57,698 bases of DNA. It comes from Aeromonadales bacterium. Lineage in GTDB: Bacteria; Pseudomonadota; Gammaproteobacteria; Enterobacterales; GCA-002770795. A program made the translations under genes and the position numbers. Under the pieces are notes generated by a model that saw only the letters and a list, made by a program, of their open reading frames with translations, was not told the DNA's origin and searched no databases. Of the stretch, positions 47,307 through 56,036 are shown in pieces; position 1 is the stretch's first letter; every line of letters begins with the position of its first letter. The DNA lies in NCBI GenBank assembly GCA_011322365.1, contig DRNA01000005.1:1-57698 (forward strand), read 5' to 3'.

Positions 47307-47349
47307 GTCCTCCCCAGGCTTAATCTGAGTTTATAGGAGTCTAATCCCG

Positions 47350-48675
47350 TTATTTACCCTGTACGCGCATATACTGCACTTTGAACATTTTGGGTGGGTT
47401 CAATTCAGGATCTACAATGCCTTTAAACTGTCCCGTTGTGCAGTGCATTGCCTGTACATCCATCATGCCAAAGCTATCATCAATAGAAACACCTGAACCC
47501 TTATTTATAGGTAAATGATGCTCAGGGTTAGCCTGTCCAATCATCCAGGATTTCCAGTATTTTCCCGCTCGGTCATAAATTATAGTACGAGGTAAAGTAA
47601 ATGTTTGAGCATCTACATAGTGAATCCGTTTGCTGATTGGATGGTTTTTATCCACTGGAGAAGACTGTAGGATATACACTTTACGTAACTGATAGCTGAC
47701 ATTAGGAAAACATTTTCCTTTGCCGTGAAAATCTACAAATTTATAGCCATCACTTTCTTTATATTCATCCGTAAGCTGTTGCTCATCATGATTATAAAAT
47801 GGCAGTAACATGTACTTTGTTCCCAGATACTTCCAGTTCATATCTGAAATTCTACCATTGTAACCCTCAAAATCTTCAATCATCAGATCAGAACCCAGAA
47901 ATGAATCAGTCACCTGTCCTGTGGCTAAACGACGTACACGCCGCTGAAATCCAAGATACAACCAGGCATTATCTCTTTTTAAATCATTTTGATAGCGATG
48001 AATGAGTAGCTGAGTATTTTTCACATCAAAAGGTTTTTGCACATGAACATAAATCGAACGAAACAGTTTTCCAGGATTCGGTGTAATCTCAGGCTTAGGA
48101 TCATGATTAACCCGATGTGCCCAGTTCAAAAAATGAAAATCAAACTTTATTTCCCTTTCTACTTTCGCAGTATTCATATTTCGATAACGCCAGTAAAAAG
48201 GTGAAATAGCGGCACTATCACCCCAGTTATATCCATACTGGAAATTCCAGGCCAGTTTTTCACCTGCTCGGGGATCATTGAGATCAGGTTCTTCAGGGAA
48301 AGGGCGTCCGGCCACATAACCTTCTAGTTGACCTTTTTGAGCACCTAACTTCACTTTACCCACGGCATCCTTTGTAGCTTGAATATAACCATTGTTTAAA
48401 ATGAAATCAGTGGTCTCACCTACTGTTATTTCGACCCAGCCATCTTTAACATGCTGCAGCATTTCCGGATCCAGTACGTCTTTAGCCAGATCGGCATTAT
48501 CCTTGTTTATCACCAGTCCAGGTTTAATATTCTCGGCTGATGGGAAACCCGTTTTATAAGGGTAAAAAGATTTTTCAACATCTTCAAGCGTTGAAGCATT
48601 GACACTTATACTCAACATACAGAAAGTGACCGTATGCAGTATTTTATTTAAATTTTTCATGTTAGATATCCTCAA
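47350..48675 (-). CDS. DUF1329-family (LolA-like) protein
   Basis: 441 aa with a signal peptide. IKPGLVINKDNADLAKDVLDPEM, GSDLMIEDFEGYNGRISDMNWKYLGTKYMLLPF and YVDAQTF...IYDRAGKYWKSW match my memory of DUF1329. Clear paralogue of 56037..57314. Confidence 0.8.
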   Translation of the reverse strand: MRISNMKNLNKILHTVTFCMLSISVNASTLEDVEKSFYPYKTGFPSAENIKPGLVINKDNADLAKDVLDPEMLQHVKDGWVEITVGETTDFILNNGYIQATKDAVGKVKLGAQKGQLEGYVAGRPFPEEPDLNDPRAGEKLAWNFQYGYNWGDSAAISPFYWRYRNMNTAKVEREIKFDFHFLNWAHRVNHDPKPEITPNPGKLFRSIYVHVQKPFDVKNTQLLIHRYQNDLKRDNAWLYLGFQRRVRRLATGQVTDSFLGSDLMIEDFEGYNGRISDMNWKYLGTKYMLLPFYNHDEQQLTDEYKESDGYKFVDFHGKGKCFPNVSYQLRKVYILQSSPVDKNHPISKRIHYVDAQTFTLPRTIIYDRAGKYWKSWMIGQANPEHHLPINKGSGVSIDDSFGMMDVQAMHCTTGQFKGIVDPELNPPKMFKVQYMRVQGK

Positions 48676-48692
48676 AATAAGAACTATTTAAT

Positions 48693-50657
48693 TTAATCAA
48701 AACGGTAGCGTACGGTTAATTGAATTTCATTTTCATTATTGGCCATACCTAATGGTCCTGCACGGAATCGTCCTAAAGGTTCAAAACCACCCAGTCCCGC
48801 ATCGAATGAATCGGGTAAACCATCACCATCATTATCCGTATGAATTGGAGTAGCAGTAAATGGTGTAAACGGATTACAGGTTCTACAGTCACTGAACTTC
48901 TTAGCACCGTCACCAAATTTTATATTGGCAACCAGAGAAAAACGCCAGTTGTCACTCATCAGAAAATCAACTGATGGAGCAACAACACCTGAATGTGCTC
49001 TCCAGTCATAAGCCGAGAGAATTTGAGGACTTAAACGGTCATTCATCCACCAGCCTTTTATTAACAAGGTAGAAATATGATCGACTTTCCAATCCGGCAT
49101 ACCTACTATTCCCAGAGGTGCATTTTGTGTTTCATGATCAAGCAGACGTTGTTCAAAGGTCTGAAATGAAATCAGAAAGGCTTTATTTTTATTAATCGCT
49201 CTGATAAACAAATTATGATCAATACCAATAACCCAGCGAATAACATCAGATTTTGAAAAAAGCCGTGGCTTTAAGGTATTGGCAAATTCTTCACCACTAG
49301 TATAGGCAGCCTCTACCCTGAAAGCTGTTTTCAACGTATCTGAATAAAAATCAAGAGAACCGCCAAACAATGTGATCTGCGGGAAATCAATATCAAAAGA
49401 TATCAGATAAGGAAAAACCGTATCGGTTTGGCCCGTGAATGAATTAGTCGAGGGAATTCCACCTCTTAAGGAAGGAAGTTGAGAACGATACCTTAATGCA
49501 TTCAGAGAGAAACCAACATCCTTATAAACGCCTTCAACTTTAATACCAAATTGAGAGTTAGCCAATGACCATTTGGGCATATTGGCCTGTCGAATACCGA
49601 TCTGATGAGGTCCAAAATCAGTGGCTATTGTACCATTAGCAAAATTGGAAACCGTACAGCCATTATCCCAACAGTTTTTCATGCCTCTGAAAAATGATCC
49701 CGCGTCCAGGATCTGATTGGGTGTACCACCCTGTCCCAGATTATTGGGTCGGAACTTATCAAATACCCATACCATCTGAAAATTGATATCATCGAAAGTA
49801 TCATTGGCACCAAACTGCCACTCAGCCGCTGCTGACCACAGGGGAATACGAATATCTTCCAGTTCATCATAAATGTTGTTTCTGGAAAAATCGACCGGAT
49901 TAATCACATCCAGCACCCTGAACAAATCGGTCCGGCCCCACACAATCTGTTGTTTACCTAAACGTAAATTAAATGCGGTGCCACTATCTAAATCTTTATT
50001 GGCATCAAAATAGGCCTCACGAATAAAATCCAGACGATTGTTAAATTCGGGAAATCTGAGATTGTTTTCCGATTGATTCATGTAACCGGCAATACAGCCT
50101 CTGGAATCAACATTACAGGGACGAACAGGCACGCCGAAGGATACACCTCCATCTACAGCATGAAGGTTCTGACCTAAAACTTCCAGGCCTTCATTGGGAT
50201 TATTGGCGACGTCAAAACCCAGAACATTTCCCGGAGGTAACGGTGCACCAAAGTAAGGAGATGCTGGATTTGAAGAGCCAAGCCCCAAACCATGTGAAAC
50301 CGGTCCAGCAACCTGATCGTCAATTAAAATGGCACCACCTGCTTTTGAGCCAAATTCATCATCATTGAGATCATAGACAGCATCATAGGTTCCACGTAGT
50401 GTGGCATTAAACGTAACATTGGAAAAAAATCCGGTATTACCCATCTGTTTTAGAAATTCAAACTGAACAGTATTTCGTACTTTTGAAAGCCCTCTATGCT
50501 CACGCGTATTCGTGGCATTTTCGATAAAGCCATCGACCTCTAAAGTATCATCTGCTGCAAATGCCGGAACGGTACCTGCGATCATTGCAAATAAAACCAA
50601 ATAAAACGATTTATTGGCCACTGGAAGTTTACTCCAGCGAGTTAATGTTATTTTCAT
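48693..50657 (-). CDS. DUF1302-family outer-membrane beta-barrel protein
   Basis: 654 aa with a signal peptide ending AFA-AD. Beta-strand periodicity. Paralogue of 34212..36167. Confidence 0.75.
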   Translation of the reverse strand: MKITLTRWSKLPVANKSFYLVLFAMIAGTVPAFAADDTLEVDGFIENATNTREHRGLSKVRNTVQFEFLKQMGNTGFFSNVTFNATLRGTYDAVYDLNDDEFGSKAGGAILIDDQVAGPVSHGLGLGSSNPASPYFGAPLPPGNVLGFDVANNPNEGLEVLGQNLHAVDGGVSFGVPVRPCNVDSRGCIAGYMNQSENNLRFPEFNNRLDFIREAYFDANKDLDSGTAFNLRLGKQQIVWGRTDLFRVLDVINPVDFSRNNIYDELEDIRIPLWSAAAEWQFGANDTFDDINFQMVWVFDKFRPNNLGQGGTPNQILDAGSFFRGMKNCWDNGCTVSNFANGTIATDFGPHQIGIRQANMPKWSLANSQFGIKVEGVYKDVGFSLNALRYRSQLPSLRGGIPSTNSFTGQTDTVFPYLISFDIDFPQITLFGGSLDFYSDTLKTAFRVEAAYTSGEEFANTLKPRLFSKSDVIRWVIGIDHNLFIRAINKNKAFLISFQTFEQRLLDHETQNAPLGIVGMPDWKVDHISTLLIKGWWMNDRLSPQILSAYDWRAHSGVVAPSVDFLMSDNWRFSLVANIKFGDGAKKFSDCRTCNPFTPFTATPIHTDNDGDGLPDSFDAGLGGFEPLGRFRAGPLGMANNENEIQLTVRYRFD

Positions 50658-50736
50658 TATATCCCCCTCTTTAATAAGTAGTTTTAAACTACGATCATTG
50701 ATTAGAGTCCTGCAACCCCATCAAATTTATTGACAT

Positions 50737-53091
50737 CTAACCCGCTCTAACCGAGATAATAAACTTCGGTTTAAATGTCATAATCCAGGCTGGTACTAAG
50801 AACATGGCGGCTAAAGCATTTAGTACCAGCATTACAATCAGTAACAAGGCTGCATCGGCCTGAAACCGCATTGTAGAAATAAAGACCCACATCACCACTC
50901 CAGCAATTAAGGCTAATGCAGTAAAACCAATCGCTACGCCAGTAGTTCCAATCGCTTCCCTAATCGCGTCCTGTAAACTAGCTGATTTCAGATACTCTTC
51001 ACGAATACGATCCATAATATAAATGGAATAATCGATACCAACCCCAATACCGACAGCGATAATGGGTACTGTATTTACGTTGATTCCAATGCCTGTAATA
51101 CCCATGTAGGCATAGGTTAATGTGGTGGCAAAAGACATCGCCAATAACATCAACCAGCCAGCGTGAAAAGACCAGTAAAAAACAGTCACAAAAACCAGAA
51201 TAAGTAAAAATACCAAAGGAATAACTACGATATTGGTGTTGTATGCAGCTTCATTAATGGCAGCAGTGACACCAATAACCCCTCCCGCAAGCTCAAGTGA
51301 AAAACCATCAATTTGAGCCATACTGGAATTGGCCCATTCTTTCACCATATGTATCGCCCGGCGAATAGTCTCCCCTTTGTGATCTTTATAGTAAAAAACC
51401 ATATTGGCATTCTGCTCATCCGGATCGAGGAACTCTTTGAGTGCACCAGGAATAGGGCTGGACATCATATAGGTGAACATTAAACCACCGGCTTCAAACT
51501 TATCTTTGGGATAAGCTAACCAGCGTGGATCGGTATTATGGATAATACGATTAACCTGTGTGACCAGATCAGGAAGCCCTTTGCTACCACCCATTTCAGG
51601 ATCCAGCATCATATAATTCTGAAAATCCGCAAGTGCTCTAATCACTTTGGGTTCTTTCAATCCGGCTTTTTCATCGGTGTGAGCAATAATGTAAAGTTCT
51701 TCAGAGCCGGGAAATAAACCATTGATAGCTTTTGAAGATACATTGTAATCATGGGTAGGATAAAGCAGAGGGGAACCCGGTTCAGACTGCCCCACCTGTA
51801 CCCAGGAACTAAAATAACCACCCACGACATAAAGTAAAACGACCGATATTAAGGTAAATCTGGCACCCTTTCGAGTACATGCAACCCGGGATATTTTTTC
51901 AAATATAATATGTAAAAATGTATGCCGTTGCTGGATTTGACGGGTTTCGGGCAATATTTCCAGTAACACCGGTACAAATATGAGAACAGTAATAATCACA
52001 CTACCGGCCCACAAAGAAGAATAGACCGCCAATTTATCGTTGATTGGAACCGAACCCAATGAGATAAGCAATAAACCAATGGCATCGGAAATTACACCCA
52101 GTGAACCCGGCCTGAAAAGTCCTTCGAAAGTATTTCGCGCGGCAGTTTGTTTATTATGATCAATACGATGTTCATGATAAAAACGTTCAACCAGCTGGAT
52201 ACCATGAGACATTGCTCTTGCTGAAATCAAAAAGGGAACAACCATCATCAACGGGTCAAGGTTATAACCCAGTAAAGCTAATATACCCAGTCCCCAGACA
52301 GTGGTAAGTACGATACCAATTAAAGGGAGTAACACACCATAAAAACGTCTGAAATAAAGTACCAGCAATACCAGTAAAACCAGCACGGTATAAAGAAAAA
52401 TCTGCAGTATTTCACCCACATAGCTGGTCACCCAACCAATAAGCACCGGTTTACCCGTTGCATAGATTTCCACATCATCAGTTGCTTCTTTAAGTCGAAT
52501 TTTTTCTAATTCACTGAATATAGTTGAATAATCAAGCTCGCCTTCATTGAGAGTGCCACGGACCAGCGCTGCGGTCAGATCAGGAGAAACCAGTAAGCCA
52601 TACACTCTGGGATTTGCCACAACCTCATTTTGCATAACTTTTAATTCTTCATCACTGTAACCCCCTTTTTTCAGAGGGTCATAATGAGGTGCAGATTTCA
52701 TGGTGCCAAATTCATTGAGCCATATCTTACGAGTATTTCGATGGGTTAAACTACTGACCAGGTTATGGTTGATGCCGGTCATAGAATCTATCGACTGAGT
52801 AATTCTATAAATTCGATTTAAGGTATCATTGGTAAAAATAGTGCCGGTTTTAACTTTAATCGCAACCACTACATTATTCGCACCACCAAAGGTTTCACTG
52901 ATTTTATTATGCGTCTGTATATAGGGATGTTGTTGGGGTAATAAATCAGAAAACTCTGATGCCATACGTACCGCAGGAAGCTGGAAAGCAAAAAACACCG
53001 TTATCGCAAGAATAATAGCTGCAGTTATTCGAGGGTAGGCAAAAACGATTCTATCAATCTTTTTCAGCTGGGAAATAATGTTAAACATCAT
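50737..53091 (-). CDS. RND-superfamily permease of the COG1033/MMPL (HpnN-like) type
   Basis: 784 aa with the same 2 x 6 TM plus two periplasmic loop architecture as 36186..38531. ATGA overlap with the upstream BNR gene. Confidence 0.85.
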   Translation of the reverse strand: MMFNIISQLKKIDRIVFAYPRITAAIILAITVFFAFQLPAVRMASEFSDLLPQQHPYIQTHNKISETFGGANNVVVAIKVKTGTIFTNDTLNRIYRITQSIDSMTGINHNLVSSLTHRNTRKIWLNEFGTMKSAPHYDPLKKGGYSDEELKVMQNEVVANPRVYGLLVSPDLTAALVRGTLNEGELDYSTIFSELEKIRLKEATDDVEIYATGKPVLIGWVTSYVGEILQIFLYTVLVLLVLLVLYFRRFYGVLLPLIGIVLTTVWGLGILALLGYNLDPLMMVVPFLISARAMSHGIQLVERFYHEHRIDHNKQTAARNTFEGLFRPGSLGVISDAIGLLLISLGSVPINDKLAVYSSLWAGSVIITVLIFVPVLLEILPETRQIQQRHTFLHIIFEKISRVACTRKGARFTLISVVLLYVVGGYFSSWVQVGQSEPGSPLLYPTHDYNVSSKAINGLFPGSEELYIIAHTDEKAGLKEPKVIRALADFQNYMMLDPEMGGSKGLPDLVTQVNRIIHNTDPRWLAYPKDKFEAGGLMFTYMMSSPIPGALKEFLDPDEQNANMVFYYKDHKGETIRRAIHMVKEWANSSMAQIDGFSLELAGGVIGVTAAINEAAYNTNIVVIPLVFLLILVFVTVFYWSFHAGWLMLLAMSFATTLTYAYMGITGIGINVNTVPIIAVGIGVGIDYSIYIMDRIREEYLKSASLQDAIREAIGTTGVAIGFTALALIAGVVMWVFISTMRFQADAALLLIVMLVLNALAAMFLVPAWIMTFKPKFIISVRAG

Positions 53092-54077
53092 TTTTCTCCT
53101 TCCGCTAAAGAAGACCGGAAAAGCACACCACTCCCCCCGGCAAGAATAGCAAAGTCTTTATTGAACATAGAGGCTCTAAGATAGGAGCGAGTTTTGTTCT
53201 GATAAAAAAATGGTTCCCAATGAATAGAGCTATCTGAATCCGTCAACGTCCGAGTTAAAACGGTTCCCAGCGCTCCTACTGCAAACAATCTCTGTCCATT
53301 TTTAGATAATCCATACAGCGGGACGGGTGTGCCAGTTTCTTCCACTGACCAGGATTGACCCGCGTTTTCAGTATACAAAATTTTGCCACCAAGTCCGGCA
53401 ACCCAACCGGTATTCATATCAGTAAACAATGCGCTGATAGGATAAAACTCATTTGGCATAGTTGTTACCATCTGCCAGTTTTTTCCGCCATCGGTAGTAC
53501 TGAGTAAATTGCCAAATTCGCCTGTAGCCACACCATGGTCTGCATCAAAAAAAGTGATATACGATAAAATCATGTCTTCGTCCAGAGATTGACTTGACCA
53601 GGAAACACCTTTGTCAGCACTCGATAAGAAGGTACTAAAACTTCCCACAACCCAAAGCTTGCTATCAGGGGCACAGGTGATTGCCTGAGGCGTTTCCGCT
53701 GTTTCTATTTTGTGAGATTGCCAGCTTTTACCATTATCGTCAGAAACCCAGACATCGCCTTCAACCGAGAGAGTAACCAGCGAATTATCGGGACAGGCAG
53801 AAATATCAATTAAAGTGGGTTGCCCCTTTAGCTGTTGTCGTGTCCAGTTTTTGCCAGCATCGAATGAAACCAGTACCACCCCAAAAGAACCCACAACCGC
53901 TATCACTTTGCCATTCGTGCTGGTCGCCTGCAGGCGATCAGTGCGATGCAGCGCTTTAGCTTTTTCAGAAACCACAGAATCCAGCTTTAAGGGTGCTTCA
54001 CAGGCCTGTAGAAGCAAAAATGCCAGACCATAAACAAGATACTTGAAGCATTTAATTTTTTGCAAGGCACCCTCCAC
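53088..54077 (-). CDS. BNR/Ycf48-like beta-propeller protein, possible lipoprotein
   Basis: 329 aa with a GTG start. Repeats FDAGKNW, DDNGKSW, ADKGVSW, TTDGGKNW, TENAGQSW. The N-terminus ..LAFLLLQAC-EAP is lipobox-like. Confidence 0.8.
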   Translation of the reverse strand: MEGALQKIKCFKYLVYGLAFLLLQACEAPLKLDSVVSEKAKALHRTDRLQATSTNGKVIAVVGSFGVVLVSFDAGKNWTRQQLKGQPTLIDISACPDNSLVTLSVEGDVWVSDDNGKSWQSHKIETAETPQAITCAPDSKLWVVGSFSTFLSSADKGVSWSSQSLDEDMILSYITFFDADHGVATGEFGNLLSTTDGGKNWQMVTTMPNEFYPISALFTDMNTGWVAGLGGKILYTENAGQSWSVEETGTPVPLYGLSKNGQRLFAVGALGTVLTRTLTDSDSSIHWEPFFYQNKTRSYLRASMFNKDFAILAGGSGVLFRSSLAEGEK

Positions 54078-54153
54078 AATACGAAGTCTTCATACTCAAA
54101 TAACACCAAATTTGATGTTATTTTTTTATTATTTACTGTACCCTAACATCATA

Positions 54154-54165
54154 AATATCGATATT
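54154..54165. promoter_or_regulatory. Perfect 12-bp palindrome in the GntR/BNR divergent intergenic region (operator candidate)
   Basis: AATATCGATATT, with a partial repeat TCGATATT 12 bp downstream (54177..54184). Confidence 0.25.
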
Positions 54166-54317
54166 CAACACTTTGTCGATATTTTTTATTAAATATATAT
54201 TTTGCAATTTTATTGATATTTATGCATTATAAAAACAACAGAGAACAAATTATTGAGATTAAGAAAGAGAATTTTGTTATATTTAACAGATAGATAAAAA
54301 TTTACGGACTATTAATA

Positions 54318-55010
54318 ATGCCAAATAACATTGCCTCAACAATAGGAAATTCCGCTAAAACCCTGGCAGATGAGGTTTATCAAAAAATAAGAGATGACAT
54401 TGTTCATGGTCATTTAACCGCTGGGGATAAATTAAAAATAGAGCCTTTAAAAAAACGTTACAGTGTAGGAGCCTCCCCATTAAGAGAAGCTTTAAATAGA
54501 CTCTCTTCTGATGGCTTTGTCTTTTCTAAAGGGCAACAGGGCTTTAATGTATCTGAAATGTCACTGGCGGATCTGGAAGATGTTACCAATGTCAGGATTC
54601 TCATTGAAAATGATGCCTTAACCCAAAGCATACTGCACGGCGATGACCATTGGGAATCAAATGTTGTGGCTGCTTTCCATAGTTTATCCAAAATTGAAAA
54701 CTCAGAAAACAAAAGTGAGCCTTTTTTACTGGAACAACGTAATTATACCTTTCACAATTCGCTGTTATCCGCCTGTAACTCTAAACGAATCAACCAATTT
54801 TATAAGACGCTTTATGATCAACACAAACGTTATCGGAACCTCGCAAGGGGCGCTAAAATTGAAGGTCGTAATCTGCATGAAGAACATAAGGCACTCTACC
54901 ATGCGGCTTTAAACAGAGATATAAAATTAGCCACAGAAGCCAATGAATTCCATATTCGTAAAACGGCTGAAGTTGTTATGCTGATAAAAAAAGAAGAATG
55001 GCAAAACTAA
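54318..55010 (+). CDS. GntR-family transcriptional regulator (FadR/FCD subfamily)
   Basis: 230 aa. Winged HTH (L..G.KL..EPLKKRYSVGASPLREALNRLSSDGFV) plus a helical C-terminal FCD-like domain. It is the only plus-strand gene in the catabolic region. Confidence 0.88.
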   Translation: MPNNIASTIGNSAKTLADEVYQKIRDDIVHGHLTAGDKLKIEPLKKRYSVGASPLREALNRLSSDGFVFSKGQQGFNVSEMSLADLEDVTNVRILIENDALTQSILHGDDHWESNVVAAFHSLSKIENSENKSEPFLLEQRNYTFHNSLLSACNSKRINQFYKTLYDQHKRYRNLARGAKIEGRNLHEEHKALYHAALNRDIKLATEANEFHIRKTAEVVMLIKKEEWQN

Positions 55011-55023
55011 ATAACACAAATCT

Positions 55024-56022
55024 CTAAGCCGGGATATCCACAGATTTTTTCTTAAGCCTTGATTCTATTTTTTGTTGAATTAAGGCATAAACCAACGAAG
55101 TCACAGGGACTTCCTGTTGAATTTTATGAGCACGTTGTATCACCACGCCGGGTATCGCATCAATTTCCAGAGTACGCTGTTTCTCCCAGTCAACCAGCAT
55201 AGAGGTTTTTATAGGATCAAAATGACAAATAAGCTGATACATTTCCTCAATATCATTTTCTGTTAAAGTAATACCATCGGCCTGAGCTGCAACGGCTGTT
55301 TCCTGCATCATTTTATAAACAAATACACCTAACGATTTATGATTAGAAAGTTCAAAAGTATCCATACCTGTGAGTACCGATAAGGGATTAACCCCATTGT
55401 TTATAGCTAATTTTCGCCATAGTTCATACTGAATATTTTCCACTACTACCGTAGGAATACCCGCTTCATTCATTATCTGTACCCACTGGGGCAAAAGCGT
55501 CTTAAAACGGTTATCCACACCGGAATCCTCATTGGGCCAAACACCCATTTTTATTTCAGCAACACCTTTTGCTTCAATGACTCCCGGGCGAATGATATGC
55601 CCACCAATACGAATAGCCAAACCGCCAATAATGATATCTTTTCCCAGCAACCCAGATAAAATCACTTCATTATCGACGCCATTTTGTAATGAAATAACCG
55701 CAGTTTTACTCTTCGATGCCTTGAACCACTCACTCAATGTTTCTGCAATAGATTGCGTTGAAGTGGCTTTTGTGGTCAGAAAAATAAAATCAAAATCAGA
55801 CGGTTTTTCATCGGTAATAATTTCATCAAAAGAACAGGCATTCACCGCACCCGAGAAAGAACATTCAGCATGCTCCATAACCAGGCCTTTGTTTTGAATA
55901 GCCTCTAGATGAGCACCTCTGGCCACAAAGTGGACATCGTGCCCCTGTTGCAATAAACGGATACCATAATAACAACCGATACCACCCGCACCAACCACCA
56001 GAATGCGTAATTTTCTAGACAT
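55024..56022 (-). CDS. Ketopantoate reductase (PanE/ApbA) family NAD(P)H oxidoreductase
   Basis: 332 aa with an N-terminal Rossmann ILVVGAGGIGCYYG. Length and C-terminal helical domain are typical of ApbA/PanE. True substrate unknown. Confidence 0.8.
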   Translation of the reverse strand: MSRKLRILVVGAGGIGCYYGIRLLQQGHDVHFVARGAHLEAIQNKGLVMEHAECSFSGAVNACSFDEIITDEKPSDFDFIFLTTKATSTQSIAETLSEWFKASKSKTAVISLQNGVDNEVILSGLLGKDIIIGGLAIRIGGHIIRPGVIEAKGVAEIKMGVWPNEDSGVDNRFKTLLPQWVQIMNEAGIPTVVVENIQYELWRKLAINNGVNPLSVLTGMDTFELSNHKSLGVFVYKMMQETAVAAQADGITLTENDIEEMYQLICHFDPIKTSMLVDWEKQRTLEIDAIPGVVIQRAHKIQQEVPVTSLVYALIQQKIESRLKKKSVDIPA

Positions 56023-56036
56023 AAAATAGCACTTGA

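Noticed and set aside
47293-47312. Possible -24/-12 element upstream of dmpC (minus strand GGAGGACTATCAGC)
   Set aside because: Only the GG and GC dinucleotides match, and the flanking consensus positions do not. It also overlaps the hairpin arm.
54210-54250. TATAAT-like hexamer on the minus strand upstream of the second BNR gene
   Set aside because: No acceptable -35 at 16-18 bp spacing. The region is so AT-rich that such hexamers are expected by chance.
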